NCBI GenBank assembly: GCA_032718475.1
Contig: JAUCBJ010001846.1
Span: 186,001-250,000 of the forward strand
Reading direction: 5' to 3'
From: Nemertoderma westbladi
Lineage: Eukaryota; Animalia; Xenacoelomorpha
Length of the DNA stretch: 64,000 bases
The position numbers and the translations under genes were made by a program. Of this stretch, positions 10,956 through 21,932 are shown one piece after another (positions within the stretch are counted from its first letter, which is position 1; every line of letters begins with the position of its first letter). The notes under the pieces were generated by a model. It was given only the letters and a program-made list of their open reading frames with translations. It was not told the origin of the DNA and made no database searches.

Positions 10956-11640
10956 CTATTTTTTGTAAGGTAGCATTGTGTTTAGGGCATCAATATGTTC
11001 TTGCAATTGGGCTTTAATCGTACAATTTATAGAGTCTAGTATGAATTCAATACCTTCTCGTCTGGCTAATTTTGATGCAGAAACAAAGTCACTATCACCT
11101 GAAATAAGAACAATCTTTTCAACAATTTTTTTGTAGGCGAGCGTGGCAACATCCAAACCGACTTTCATATCAACGCCTTTTTGAGACGCATGGCATATCA
11201 CGTCTGACTCAGACAACGCTTGAATTGTTGATCGACCTGAGTGTAATGCTTTTTTTCTTAGTATCTTTGATTTTCCGGCGTGCGTTTTGATCGTCAAGAC
11301 GCTCCAATCGTAACGCCATGTTTCGGGTTGGGAGAAGTTGTTCATGTAAAGAATTTTGAAAAATGTAAAGCTTACTTTTTCCCAGATCGATGGGTTTTTT
11401 ACTCAATGGGTGTTCTAGCTTTTTATTCAAAGGCGGGAAGGGTAAAGAAGATTAGATATAAGCGGTCTTCCCCTCCTTCTGATCATCTTTACCCTTCCCA
11501 TTTCTCACATGCTTCAAACACAATGTGTGACTAAATTTTTTTCAACCTTTTGGGGTTCGTCCAAAGTGTGGAAGTGTTTTTTATAACCTTTAAGATAGAA
11601 ATCGCCGTCAACTACGATGGCCATATTTCTTTTTGATATA
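10956..11640 (-). pseudogene. NYN (LabA/DUF88, PIN-fold) domain protein, multiply frameshifted
   Basis: Fragments MAIVVDGDFYLK (ATG 11624), PLNKKLEHPLSKKPIDLGKS..ALRL and QKGVDMKVGLDVA..IVLISGDSDFV.A.KLARREGIEFILD lie in different frames. Confidence 0.8.
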
Positions 11641-11660
11641 TTCTCACTCCTATAAAGAAA

Positions 11661-11755
11661 ACCCAGAGGTTTGGCCAAAACCGAATGAAACGTTTTAACG
11701 TATTGCTCTGGGCTGTGAATGGATCTTAATCTAATTTAAAAATGGTTGTTGTCAA
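11661..11755 (-). promoter_or_regulatory. sigma70-like promoter plus structured leader RNA upstream of the NYN gene
   Basis: TTGACA (11755-11750), 16 nt, TAGATT. Then a stem GCCCAGAG...CUCUGGGU with a 37-nt interior, followed by UUUCUUU and RBS AGGAG. Confidence 0.5.
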
Positions 11756-11810
11756 TTTTTAATGAAAGGTCTACTTTAATAAGGTGATGGTGTATCTAAT
11801 ATTAAAAAAA

Positions 11811-13406
11811 CTAAGACTTTAGCTTGTGGCCGTTCTTGATTACTTTAACAGGACTAAATTGAAAAGTAACAGGCACATGGCGATCTTTACCAAACGATTG
11901 CTCGCTAATTGAAGGGCCTAAGGGCATTTGTGAGCGCTTGAACTCATTTTGATAGAGCCTTGTGGCTATCTTTTGAATATTTGGGGTTTGGATGAGGGTT
12001 TGCTTGTGTTCAACATGTTGATGTAAAAATTGGTCAATCAGGGCATAATCGGGTAGGGTATCTTGATCAGTTTGGTTGGGTGCAAGCTCAGCAGAGGGTG
12101 AAGCCTCAATAATAGATAAAAGGATGTGACAAGTCAGGCGCGTTTTTAGGCAACTAAGGTTATAGACTTGTGTTTTATACAAATCTTTCAAGGGAGCATA
12201 CCCACCACAACTATCACCATATAATGTGGAGTAACCCATGGCAATCTCGCTTTTGTTGCTGGTTGAAAGTAAAAGCGCACCCCTTTGATTAGACAAAGCC
12301 ATGAGTAAATTTCCCCGAATTCTGGCTTGTAAATTTTGGGCGGTGATTGAGCCATTATCTTCTAGACCCAGTGTTTCAAGAAAGGTTTTATAAATCGGTT
12401 CAATATCAATTGTTTCAAGGTTTACACCTAGTTTTTGACACAAAATATGGGCATCGTCTTTCGCGCGCAAGGAGTTATGCTGACTAGGCAGCCACAGTGC
12501 TTGCACATTTTCTGCCCCCACACCTTCACAGGACATGGCGAGTGTTAAGGCTGAATCAATCCCCCCTGAAATACCTAAAATAAGGCGTTTAAAGCCATTT
12601 TTTTTTGCATAATCATAGGTGCCTAACACGCAAGCATCGTATCGGTTTTCATCCATGGTTTGGTTGTAAGTTACAGGCACTCCACTCCACTGGTTGTTTT
12701 GTAGTTCAATGGTTTGAGTTTGTGTTTTAAAACGCTTGAGTGTGTAAGTGTTTGAAGTGTCAGCCACAAGCGATGCACCATCGAATATCATCTCATCCTG
12801 CCCGCCGACCATGTTGAGGTAAATAATGGGACAGTTAAGGGTTTGGGCGAGTTTTTCAATACGCTGGTGGCGTGTTTTGGGTTTTTGGTTATTAAAGGGG
12901 GAGGCGTTGATAATGATGAGCAAATCGGTTGAGCCGTTTAATTGTTCAATGGTTTGATCTTGCCAACATTCTTCACAAATAAGAATGCCAATATTGTAAG
13001 CACCCCACGTGTAAGTGCTAAGGTTTTTGCCTGTGCTAAAGTTTCGGCTTTCATAAAATAAACCCTGATTAGCCAAATGGGTTTTGTGGTAGGTAAACAC
13101 AATGTTTTGATTGTGTAAAATCAGTGCGCTGTTAAAAATTTGCTCATCATTCCATGTGGGTGCACCCAACACCACATGGCTTTTTTGAACGTGCTGGGTG
13201 ATTTTTTCAACAGCGTGTTGGGTTTGTTGTTGGAATTGTTTTAAATGTAGGTAATCATCAACTGGGTAGCCTGTGAGCGCCATTTCAGGAAACACAATCC
13301 AATCGCTTTGAGGGTTTGCTTGGATAATGTCGATAATTTGGGCAGTATTTTGGGAAATATCACCCACCGTTGGGTTGATTTGGGCAAGGGTGATGATTTG
13401 TTGCAT
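11811..13406 (-). CDS. nadE: Glutamine-dependent NAD+ synthetase
   Basis: Nitrilase domain (LAQINPTVGD, FPEM, K, ICE) plus GISGGIDS, NLQARIRG and SAEL...Q.D. Likely start MQQII at 13406. Confidence 0.95.
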   Translation of the reverse strand: MQQIITLAQINPTVGDISQNTAQIIDIIQANPQSDWIVFPEMALTGYPVDDYLHLKQFQQQTQHAVEKITQHVQKSHVVLGAPTWNDEQIFNSALILHNQNIVFTYHKTHLANQGLFYESRNFSTGKNLSTYTWGAYNIGILICEECWQDQTIEQLNGSTDLLIIINASPFNNQKPKTRHQRIEKLAQTLNCPIIYLNMVGGQDEMIFDGASLVADTSNTYTLKRFKTQTQTIELQNNQWSGVPVTYNQTMDENRYDACVLGTYDYAKKNGFKRLILGISGGIDSALTLAMSCEGVGAENVQALWLPSQHNSLRAKDDAHILCQKLGVNLETIDIEPIYKTFLETLGLEDNGSITAQNLQARIRGNLLMALSNQRGALLLSTSNKSEIAMGYSTLYGDSCGGYAPLKDLYKTQVYNLSCLKTRLTCHILLSIIEASPSAELAPNQTDQDTLPDYALIDQFLHQHVEHKQTLIQTPNIQKIATRLYQNEFKRSQMPLGPSISEQSFGKDRHVPVTFQFSPVKVIKNGHKLKS

Positions 13407-13407
13407 A

Positions 13408-14763
13408 TTAATTTGAAAGGGCTTGAAAGTGTTGAACCAATTCTTGAATGTTTTGGGCAGGATAGAGGGTAATGCCTGCTTTGATAGGTGCTTTGGGTTG
13501 ATTTGATGTGGGCAAAATGATGTGTTTAAAACCATGTTCAATGGCGGCTTTAATGCGCTCTTGCCCGTTGTGCACGGGGCGTATTTCCCCCGAAAGCCCT
13601 ACCTCACCAAATGAGGCAAGTTCTGTTTGAAGGGATTGTTCTTTTAGGCTTGAAAGAATGGCTAAAATCATGGGGATATCAATCGCGGTTTCTTCAATTT
13701 TAATACCGCCCACCACGTTGATAAATATGTCTTTTGTACTTAAGTCAAAATGCCCGTATTTGTTTAAAATGGCTAAAATCATATTCAATCGGGCGCTGTC
13801 TGCCCCTAAACACAAACGTTTATTTGAGCTGCCTTTGTCGTCCACCAAGGCTTGCACTTCAATCAGTAAAAAGCGTGAGCCCTCGGATGTAACAAGCACG
13901 GTATTGCCCAAGGTATTTTTTTTAAGGCCTTGTAAAAAAATAGTGGAAGGGTTAGTAACCGGCACAATGCGCTGGTCGGTCATCACAAAAATACCCAGCT
14001 CATTGACAGGACCAAAACGATTTTTAATGGCACGTATCATCCGATAACGCCCTGTTTTTTCCCCCTCAAAATAGAGCACCACATCCACCATGTGTTCCAA
14101 TACTTTGGGGCCTGCGATTTGCCCTTCTTTGGTCACATGGCCAATAATCCAAATGGCGACATTGTTTTTTTTGGCGTATCGAATCAACGCCAAGGCACAT
14201 TCTCGCAATTGGTTGGCACTGCCGGACAAACTACTAGATTGCTCGCTTTCAATGGATTGGATCGAATCAATGATCAATATTTTGGCTTGGCTTTTTTGGG
14301 CTTGAGTGAGGATGGTTTGAACACAGCTTTGGTTAGAAAGCTCAATGGCCGCATGTTGTAGTTTGAGGCGTTCTGCCCGAAGGGCAATTTGCTCAAGGGA
14401 TTCTTCACCACTAACATATAAAATGGGATGTTTTTGGTAAAGCTTTCCTGCCAATTGAAGCATTAAGGTTGACTTGCCAATGCCAGGATCACCCCCTAAT
14501 AAAATAACAGAACCTGGTACAATGCCTGTGCCTAATACGCGGTTGAGTTCGGTAATTTGGGTATCAACGGTGGCGTAGCTGATGGGGTTTTTGGCGATTT
14601 CACTTAGGTATTCAATGTTGGGGGTATCAGTGGCATAATGACTGTTACTAATTTGTATTTTTTCAAGGGTATTCCAATTTTCACACGACATGCACTGACC
14701 TACCCATTTAGGGTAAGTTTGCTTGCAACTTTGGCAAATGTAAGCATTTTTTGGTTTTGCCAC
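13408..14763 (-). CDS. radA: DNA repair protein RadA/Sms
   Basis: CxxC..CxxC zinc finger, GDPGIGKST, KNRFG and Lon-like C-terminus. Confidence 0.97.
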   Translation of the reverse strand: MAKPKNAYICQSCKQTYPKWVGQCMSCENWNTLEKIQISNSHYATDTPNIEYLSEIAKNPISYATVDTQITELNRVLGTGIVPGSVILLGGDPGIGKSTLMLQLAGKLYQKHPILYVSGEESLEQIALRAERLKLQHAAIELSNQSCVQTILTQAQKSQAKILIIDSIQSIESEQSSSLSGSANQLRECALALIRYAKKNNVAIWIIGHVTKEGQIAGPKVLEHMVDVVLYFEGEKTGRYRMIRAIKNRFGPVNELGIFVMTDQRIVPVTNPSTIFLQGLKKNTLGNTVLVTSEGSRFLLIEVQALVDDKGSSNKRLCLGADSARLNMILAILNKYGHFDLSTKDIFINVVGGIKIEETAIDIPMILAILSSLKEQSLQTELASFGEVGLSGEIRPVHNGQERIKAAIEHGFKHIILPTSNQPKAPIKAGITLYPAQNIQELVQHFQALSN

Positions 14764-14803
14764 CGGGTTAGCGCCTTGGATTTTTCATCAATTTTACGAA
14801 TGT

Positions 14804-16828
14804 ATGATAGCAGTTTTTAGCCAGTTTAAGCGTCACGTGGGTGATTTTATTAAGCCCACTGGTCGGCTATTTTGGATGGGGTTATTTTTGTTGATTGTTC
14901 CTTTAATTCCCGCTGTGGGTATGAAAGGGCTGATGCCGCCCGATGTGTTTAGAACCGTTTTTATACAACTGTTTAGCGCTTGGCTATTGGTGTTGTATTT
15001 ATCAGATGTTTTGTTCAAAGATTTGCCCAAGCTGAAGTTAGACAGGTATTTAGTGCTGTTTAGCTTGCTATTTTTGGCTTATGCGGCTTTAAGTTTGCTT
15101 TGGACAGCCAATGTTTTTCACGGTTTAACTATTTTGCTGCGCTGGTTGCCTGCACTTGTTTTTGGTGGGTTTATTTGTGTGTATTGGCAGCATTTCAAAG
15201 CCATTGAATTTGTTGTATTAGCAGTGGTTTTAAGCCTTGTGGTTGTCAGTATTTTAGGGCTGGCACAGTGGTATTTGGGGTTTGATGGGATTGATCAACA
15301 CGTTATACCAGCGGCGACTTTTGGGAATAAAAATATGGCCGTTCATTTTGTATCGGCTGGTTTTCCACTGCTTTGGGTGTGTTATTTGGGGGCAAAAAAG
15401 AATATCAATCGCAACTTAAATTTGGGGGCTTTGTTGTTGGTGCTGGCTTTTTTGTTGGTAACGGGGACGCGTGCAGGGTATGTATCGGTATTTATTAGCA
15501 CCACGTTGATTGGTTTTTTGTATTATCACGCTTCTAAAAGGGGTGAGGGGTTTGTGTTGTTAGATCGGCTAGGTCGTTTGCACTTGTTGTTGAGCGTGGC
15601 GTTTGTGTTGTTATTGATTATGACAGATGAGTCCGCCAGCCAAGGGGTTAGCGGGCTTTGGGGTGCTGTAAGTTTTGGCACTGTAGAGTCGCGCTGGGCG
15701 ACGTATTTGAACACGCTTTCAATGTTTAAAGATTTTTGGTTAAAAGGCTCAGGTTTGGGCAGTTGGGAAAGTATTTACCCACTTTATAGTTTTTCAATCG
15801 CCAGTGAGCTAGGGTTTGGAACACAGCGTTTATCGCACCACGTTCATAATGATTGGTTAGAGGTGTTTGCGACATTAGGTGTGATCGGTGGGGGGTTATT
15901 GATAGGAATGGTGTATTTGGTTTGTAGGCGTTTTTGGTATTTATTTGGCTTAATTGATCAGTCGCGCGTTTTGTACTTATTAGGGGTGTTTGGGGGGTTG
16001 GTAGGTTTAGGGGTGATTGCGCTTTTTAGTTTCCCGATGATGATGCCGATAGGGCCTTTGTTTTTGTGTGCACTGTTGGGTTTTTTGACATCTGATACGT
16101 GGTTGAATTCAGGTTCAAACAATAGCTTACTTCGGCCTAAAAAAAAGCGTTTTAAATGCATTGTTTTTTATACCTTGGTTGTGTTGGTGATGGGACCTGT
16201 TTTGTATCATGGGTATTTGCGTTTAAGTGCTCGCATTTATTATAGCCAAGCCTTGTTTTTTAAGGCGCATAAAAGTGCTGACTTATTAATTGAAGCCGCA
16301 ACGCTTGGGATTTCGGCCTATCCAATGGATTATCGATTTTTGGGGTTGTTGGGTGATGGGTATGGGAAAAGTAATTTAACCGGCAAGGCAGTGGATTATT
16401 ATAATAGGTTTTTAGCTTTTGAGCCCAATAACCCCCGGTATTTATGGAGTAGGTCGCAAGCGCTTTGGCGACTTAATTCGATTGAAAAAGCAAAAAAAGA
16501 TTTATTGCATTTGGTGAATATGATTCCTACCCATTTGAATGCACTGAAGATGTTGGTGTATTTATCAACAGATGTAGGGAATCAGGTGAAGTATTTATAC
16601 CAGTTAACGTCGCTTAGTTTTTCAAAACCGCATCTTAAAATTTTGGCGAATTTGGCCATTAAAATAAAAAATTGGGAAAAAGCTATTTGGGCGCTTGAAA
16701 ATTTATTACAATATGAACCCAATTCAGCCATTATTTATCAGAACTTATCGGCTATTTATCAACATTTGGGCGATCAAAAGGAAAGTAAGTTTTACCACGA
16801 TAAGTTTTTAGACTTGAAGAACAATTAA
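14804..16828 (+). CDS. O-antigen ligase/O-OTase-like (Wzy_C) membrane protein with C-terminal TPRs
   Basis: Many TM helices, ATFGNKNMA, TGTRAG, G.GLGSW, HVHNDWLE and TPR-like tail. Confidence 0.8.
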   Translation: MIAVFSQFKRHVGDFIKPTGRLFWMGLFLLIVPLIPAVGMKGLMPPDVFRTVFIQLFSAWLLVLYLSDVLFKDLPKLKLDRYLVLFSLLFLAYAALSLLWTANVFHGLTILLRWLPALVFGGFICVYWQHFKAIEFVVLAVVLSLVVVSILGLAQWYLGFDGIDQHVIPAATFGNKNMAVHFVSAGFPLLWVCYLGAKKNINRNLNLGALLLVLAFLLVTGTRAGYVSVFISTTLIGFLYYHASKRGEGFVLLDRLGRLHLLLSVAFVLLLIMTDESASQGVSGLWGAVSFGTVESRWATYLNTLSMFKDFWLKGSGLGSWESIYPLYSFSIASELGFGTQRLSHHVHNDWLEVFATLGVIGGGLLIGMVYLVCRRFWYLFGLIDQSRVLYLLGVFGGLVGLGVIALFSFPMMMPIGPLFLCALLGFLTSDTWLNSGSNNSLLRPKKKRFKCIVFYTLVVLVMGPVLYHGYLRLSARIYYSQALFFKAHKSADLLIEAATLGISAYPMDYRFLGLLGDGYGKSNLTGKAVDYYNRFLAFEPNNPRYLWSRSQALWRLNSIEKAKKDLLHLVNMIPTHLNALKMLVYLSTDVGNQVKYLYQLTSLSFSKPHLKILANLAIKIKNWEKAIWALENLLQYEPNSAIIYQNLSAIYQHLGDQKESKFYHDKFLDLKNN

Positions 16829-16844
16829 ATTAGCGAAGTTAAAG

Positions 16845-19091
16845 GTGAATTACATGCATTTGAAGTCAAAATTTTTGCAACGAAGTAATCGGTTTTTCTT
16901 GTTGGCTGTGTTGTTGGTGGTGGTGTTATCGCCCTTTAATTTTGAGAGCTCTTTTTTGGTGAAACCAGAGACCTTTAAAATGGTGATCGGTGTGCCGGTG
17001 GCTTTCTTTTTACTTTTGTGTTGGTTTGGGTTGCGCTTAAGTGGTACTCAGATTAGTGGGGCAGTTAAAAATTTGGTGCTTTTTAATGTGCCTAGCAATC
17101 GAATTGTAGCGGCCTTTATTATTTGGTGCACGTTAAGTTTATTGTGGGGTGATTATTTGTTAGATGGGGTGGTGGTGCTCTCTCATTATGTGGCGGCAGT
17201 GATCGCGTATTTTTTGGTTTTGCATAATGTACGAGATGAAAAGGATGTGCAGTTTTGGGTGAACAGTATTGTCTACATTGCCTTGTTGATTAGCATTGTT
17301 GGGATGTTGCAATATGTGTTTGATTTTAGCTGGATTCGCCAAGCGGTCAAGCCTTCAGCCATGTTTGGTAATAAAAATATGGCGGCTCATTTTATTACGC
17401 TCACAACCCCTGTGGTGTTGGCTTGCTTTTTAACCAGCAAAACACAGCGAAAGAGTTTGTTGGTGGGGCTTAGTTTGGCATTTTTATTGGCGTTTTTATT
17501 TATAACCAGAACCCGTGCGGCGTGGTTTTCCGTGTTTGTTGAGCTTGTGTTTTTCTTGGGGTTTATTGTGTATGAATATGTTCGGTATCGCAAGACAACA
17601 TTAAAGCGCCACCACTTATACGCTGTGGGTTTGTTTTTGGGTGTGTTTTTTGTATTAACCAATTTTATTCCCTATGGTCAGGGCAGTTGGTCGTTTACAC
17701 AAATGTACGATATCTTGGTGTCGCGCGTTAATTACACGGTTGAGCAATTCACACAATTTAACAGCCTAAGTAATGTTTACATTAATGAGCGAGTGCCCGC
17801 ATGGCTAAATACTGCCAAGTTAATTGGTAATAATCTTTGGACAGGCACAGGCATTGGCAATTGGTTGAACAGCTACGCCTTTTACCATGATGTGGTGGCC
17901 TCTGATGTGATTTACAATGATAAGGTTCGCTTGCGTCATTTGCATAATGACCATTTAGAGTTGTTTGCGATGGTTGGGATTGTAGGGTATGGCTTATTTT
18001 TGTGGTTGTTGGGGCGTGGGGTGTTTCAGGCGTGTCGATTCTTTTTAAAGAGTGATCAAGCAAGCCGTTATTGGGTGTTGGGTTGTGGGTCTGCCTTGAT
18101 TGGAATTTGTATCAATGCGTGGTTTAGTTTCCCGCTTAAAGTTTTTGCACCGCTAATTTATATGTTTGGCTATGTGGGTTTAATTGCCAATGTGTGTGCC
18201 CGTTTTCAATCCAAACAGACCACAACACCCCCTAGCGTTGGAAAAATTTATGTTTCAACTTACCCGGTGTTGAATGCTTCATTTTATCGTTATTTGTCGC
18301 AGCGATTTAATGTGGGGATTGTTTCAGTGGTATTCGTTGGGTTTTTGTTGGTTAGTTGGGGGGCTTATCGTTATTTGTATAGCGAGCATTTTTACCACAA
18401 GGGTTTGGGTACGTCACATGCCATTAATTCACAAAATATCAGTCGTATCAGTCGTGTGGCGATTAGCTATGCCAGAAACTCTATCCGATATAATCCCTAT
18501 TATTATGATGCGTGGAGTTTGCTTGGAACCGTTTATGTTAAAAATAAGCAGCATAAAAAATCGCTCAGGGTACTTGAAAGAGCGGTTGAGTTAAACCCAA
18601 ATGATTTTGGCCCTTCTATGAATTTGGCAACCACCTATTATCATTTAGGGAAGTTGGATGAGGCGATTGCGCTGATAGAACGTGTGCTGGTGTTATACCC
18701 TAATATGTTGAGTATTTGGGTGCGTTATGGCACTTTTTTGGTTAAAAAGCGAGCCGGCAATCGACTAAAAGAGGTGTTATATACGGCTATTTCATTGGAT
18801 CGTCGTTCAGGCTATAGGGCAGCGCCTTCTATTTCGGTTTTAGCAAGGCTTGTTAGTTTGGCAGCAGTTGTACTTCCTCATCTTTATCAAGCCATTGCGC
18901 TACGCCCCAATGATAGCGCCCTTTATTTAGAGATAAGTGCTAGTTATTTGTTGACAGGCAAGGGGCAGTTGGCTTATGACGCAGTTCAAAAAGCCATTGC
19001 AATTAAACCCAGCCTTGAGCAAACGCCATTGGTTCAGCAGATGTTAGCGGGTGCGAAGTCGTTGATTGCTTCAAAAAAGAAGCCTAAGTAA
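16845..19091 (+). CDS. Second O-antigen ligase-like TPR protein (paralog)
   Basis: AMFGNKNMA, TRTRAAW, GTGIGNW, HLHNDHLE and clear TPRs (AWSLLGTVY..ERAVELNP). Confidence 0.8.
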   Translation: MNYMHLKSKFLQRSNRFFLLAVLLVVVLSPFNFESSFLVKPETFKMVIGVPVAFFLLLCWFGLRLSGTQISGAVKNLVLFNVPSNRIVAAFIIWCTLSLLWGDYLLDGVVVLSHYVAAVIAYFLVLHNVRDEKDVQFWVNSIVYIALLISIVGMLQYVFDFSWIRQAVKPSAMFGNKNMAAHFITLTTPVVLACFLTSKTQRKSLLVGLSLAFLLAFLFITRTRAAWFSVFVELVFFLGFIVYEYVRYRKTTLKRHHLYAVGLFLGVFFVLTNFIPYGQGSWSFTQMYDILVSRVNYTVEQFTQFNSLSNVYINERVPAWLNTAKLIGNNLWTGTGIGNWLNSYAFYHDVVASDVIYNDKVRLRHLHNDHLELFAMVGIVGYGLFLWLLGRGVFQACRFFLKSDQASRYWVLGCGSALIGICINAWFSFPLKVFAPLIYMFGYVGLIANVCARFQSKQTTTPPSVGKIYVSTYPVLNASFYRYLSQRFNVGIVSVVFVGFLLVSWGAYRYLYSEHFYHKGLGTSHAINSQNISRISRVAISYARNSIRYNPYYYDAWSLLGTVYVKNKQHKKSLRVLERAVELNPNDFGPSMNLATTYYHLGKLDEAIALIERVLVLYPNMLSIWVRYGTFLVKKRAGNRLKEVLYTAISLDRRSGYRAAPSISVLARLVSLAAVVLPHLYQAIALRPNDSALYLEISASYLLTGKGQLAYDAVQKAIAIKPSLEQTPLVQQMLAGAKSLIASKKKPK

Positions 19092-19345
19092 GGCTAAGAG
19101 TTAGTAGAGGGCTTGTTTGTAGGTGGTTGTGGCTAGAGGCGGGGGAAAGTGTTTTGAAAAGCACTTTTCTATTTCGCTTTAAACTCAAGTCTAGCTAGCA
19201 ATTAGTAAACGCCCTGCTTATTGGTAAATTAGTAGCTAAATTCTTGCTTGTCCTTGCGTATTACATGCAAGCATTGAGTTCATTGCAAAGAACTTTTACA
19301 ACAGGTTTTTTGTTTTGGGCTGTTGGTTGTTAGATGCTGGTGATT

Positions 19346-19663
19346 TCATCGACGTTCAATGAGGCCAAGTTTTTTTAACGCTGAGCGAATAGCACCTTTG
19401 GTTCGTTCATGTTTTAGAGCGATCTCAGGTATGGAAGAGACAGCTTGGAAGGCGGATTGCAACGCTTCTGTTTCTTGGTCCGTCCAACGTATTCCAGCAT
19501 TTTTGGGAGGTTTACTTTTTTTAGCGGATTTTTAATGTGTTTGATAGCGCAAAAATAGCCCTGATAACATCCGCGCTATTATTATAGGGGGATTTGTTGG
19601 GAAGCAATTCCCCAGTCTATTGGCTGGCGCTTTTAGTGTTTTAATGCAGTATTCAATTTCCAT
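19346..19663 (-). pseudogene. Small conserved hypothetical protein with HTH-like C-terminus, degraded
   Basis: Not in the ORF track. GGAGG then ATG 19663. Fragments GELLP..SPYNSADVIRAIF and PKNAGIRWTDQETEAL...EIALKHERTKGAIRSALKKLGLI lie in different frames. Confidence 0.55.
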
Positions 19664-19812
19664 ATTGCCTCCCTTTGTAAAATATTTCTTTAAAAATCAA
19701 AAAGAATCCACTAAAGCGCCTTATAAGGCATTTTGAGAATGTGCTTTGAAATTTTTTAGGATGAAAAGCCCTTTAATCTAGGCTAACCAATGACAATTTA
19801 GCTCAACAAGGT

Positions 19813-20682
19813 TTAACGCATAACCGATTCAATCAACTGTCCAATTAGGGCAGGCGATTTAGCCACGCCAACGCCACAAGACTCTAAATGCTTAATTTTA
19901 TCCTGCGCGCTGCCTTGGCCGCCGCTAATAATTGCCCCTGCATGTCCCATTCGTTTACCTGGGGGGGCCGTTACACCTGCAATGTAAGCAACAACTGGTT
20001 TTGAAACGTTGGATTGAATAAAATCAGCCGCCTCTTCCTCAGCGCTGCCACCAATTTCACCCACCATGACAATCGCTTCAGTTTGGGCATCTTTTTCAAA
20101 CCGATCCAAACAATCAATAAAACTCAAGCCATGAATGGGGTCACCACCAATGCCAACACAGGTGCTTTGCCCTAGGCCGTTTTCAGTGGTTTGCTTAACG
20201 GTTTCATAGGTTAAGGTGCCAGAGCGAGACACAATGCCAATTTTGCCTACTTTGTGAATAAAGCCTGGCATAATCCCAATTTTACAAGCCCCTGGGGTGA
20301 TAATGCCTGGGCAGTTGGGACCAATTAAAATACTACCACTTGCTTGCAAGGCTTGTTTGACTTTTAGCATATCAAGCACGGGAATGCCTTCGGTAATGCA
20401 CACAATGGTTTCAATGCCTGCATCAATGGCCTCTAGTATGGAATCCGCCGCAAAAGGCGGGGGTACATAAATCACCGTGGTATTGGCACCTGTCTCGTGC
20501 TTAACCTGCAAAACGGTATTAAAAACGGGCAAATTTAGATGAGTTGAACCGCCCTTCCCCGGGGTCACCCCACCAACTAATTGGGTGCCGTATTCAAGGG
20601 CTTGTTCAGAATGAAAGGTGCCTTGTTTGCCGGTAAAGCCTTGACAGATAACTTTTGTGTTTTCTCCAACAATAATTGACAT
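19813..20682 (-). CDS. sucD: Succinyl-CoA synthetase alpha subunit
   Basis: [17 protein letters not shown] and RMGHAGA. Start MSIIVG at 20682. Confidence 0.98.
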   Translation of the reverse strand: MSIIVGENTKVICQGFTGKQGTFHSEQALEYGTQLVGGVTPGKGGSTHLNLPVFNTVLQVKHETGANTTVIYVPPPFAADSILEAIDAGIETIVCITEGIPVLDMLKVKQALQASGSILIGPNCPGIITPGACKIGIMPGFIHKVGKIGIVSRSGTLTYETVKQTTENGLGQSTCVGIGGDPIHGLSFIDCLDRFEKDAQTEAIVMVGEIGGSAEEEAADFIQSNVSKPVVAYIAGVTAPPGKRMGHAGAIISGGQGSAQDKIKHLESCGVGVAKSPALIGQLIESVMR

Positions 20683-20692
20683 GGGTTTCTCC

Positions 20693-21856
20693 TTATGAGG
20701 TGGCGATTTTAACGGATTTTTCAGCTGCAAGTTGTAAGTTTTCAGCCGTTACAATACTCAAACCTGAGTTGTTAAGCATTTCAAGGGCTTGGGTGGCGTT
20801 GGTACCCTCCAAACGCACCACTAAGGGGATATCTAGCCCAATTTCTTTCACCGCTTGAATGATCCCTTCAGCAATCAAGTTGCAGCGCACAATGCCGCCA
20901 AAAATGTTGATTAAAATAGCTTTAATGTTTTTTTCACTGCGAATAATCTTAAAGGCTTCTGTTACCCTTGCTGCGGTGGCCGTGCCCCCTACATCTAAAA
21001 AGTTAGCCGGCTTTCCGCCGTGAATTTGAATAATATCCATGGTTGCCATCGCAAGCCCAGCACCGTTTACCATACAAGCAATGTTGCCATCAAGGGAAAC
21101 GTAGTTGAGGTCATGTTTGGCAGCTTCCACCTCTTTTTGGTTTTCTTGGGAGGGGTCATACATGGCTTGAAGGTCAGCGTGGCGATACAGGGCGTTATCG
21201 TCAATGTTAATTTTGCCATCTAGAGCGAATATATCACCCGACTTGGTCACAATTAAGGGGTTTATTTCAATCAGTGATAAGTCTTTTTGAATGACCAAAT
21301 CGTATAAACGTTGCATCACGCCCACAAATTGTTTGAAGGTGTTGCCACTAAGTTTTAGAAAAAAAGCCGCTTGTCGTGCTTGAAAGGCTTGAAGGCCAAT
21401 GCACATGTTGATTTGAAGGGTTAGAATTTTTTCAGGCTCCTTTTCACTTACCTGTTCAATATCCATACCGCCTGCGGCTGAAATAATAAAAGCGATAGAT
21501 TTATTTTGCCGATCCACCAAGGCACTTAAATAAAGTTCTTGCTCAATGGCAGCACCACTTTCGATTAGCACTGAATTAATGGGTTGGGGTTGGCCTGCAC
21601 TTTGATAAGTTTCTAAGGTGCTACCCATGAGTTCATTGGTGGCCGCTTCAACCGCTTCAAGGGTTTTACATAACTTAATACCCCCTGCTTTGCCGCGACC
21701 CCCTGCGTGCACTTGAGCTTTAACCACCCAAATGTTGCTATCAATGCTTTGAGCGGCTACTTTGGCCTCACTAGCATTGGTAGCCAGTTTTGAAGCTAGG
21801 GTGGGGATGTTGAAGTTTTTAAAAAGGGCTTTGGATTGGTATTCGTGTATATTCAT
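20693..21856 (-). CDS. sucC: Succinyl-CoA synthetase beta subunit
   Basis: [30 protein letters not shown] and NIFGGIVRC. Confidence 0.98.
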   Translation of the reverse strand: MNIHEYQSKALFKNFNIPTLASKLATNASEAKVAAQSIDSNIWVVKAQVHAGGRGKAGGIKLCKTLEAVEAATNELMGSTLETYQSAGQPQPINSVLIESGAAIEQELYLSALVDRQNKSIAFIISAAGGMDIEQVSEKEPEKILTLQINMCIGLQAFQARQAAFFLKLSGNTFKQFVGVMQRLYDLVIQKDLSLIEINPLIVTKSGDIFALDGKINIDDNALYRHADLQAMYDPSQENQKEVEAAKHDLNYVSLDGNIACMVNGAGLAMATMDIIQIHGGKPANFLDVGGTATAARVTEAFKIIRSEKNIKAILINIFGGIVRCNLIAEGIIQAVKEIGLDIPLVVRLEGTNATQALEMLNNSGLSIVTAENLQLAAEKSVKIATS

Positions 21857-21932
21857 GCTGGCTCAATTGTGTTGTAAATAGGGGTAGAAAAGATGCAAGT
21901 ATTGTATTTTTTTTACCCCCTTCGGTCAAAAA

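Noticed and set aside
13407-13541. N-terminal extensions of nadE (also sucD, egtD, rpoH, thiS) given in the ORF track
   Set aside because: They mostly overlap upstream genes; downstream ATGs match the family N-termini.
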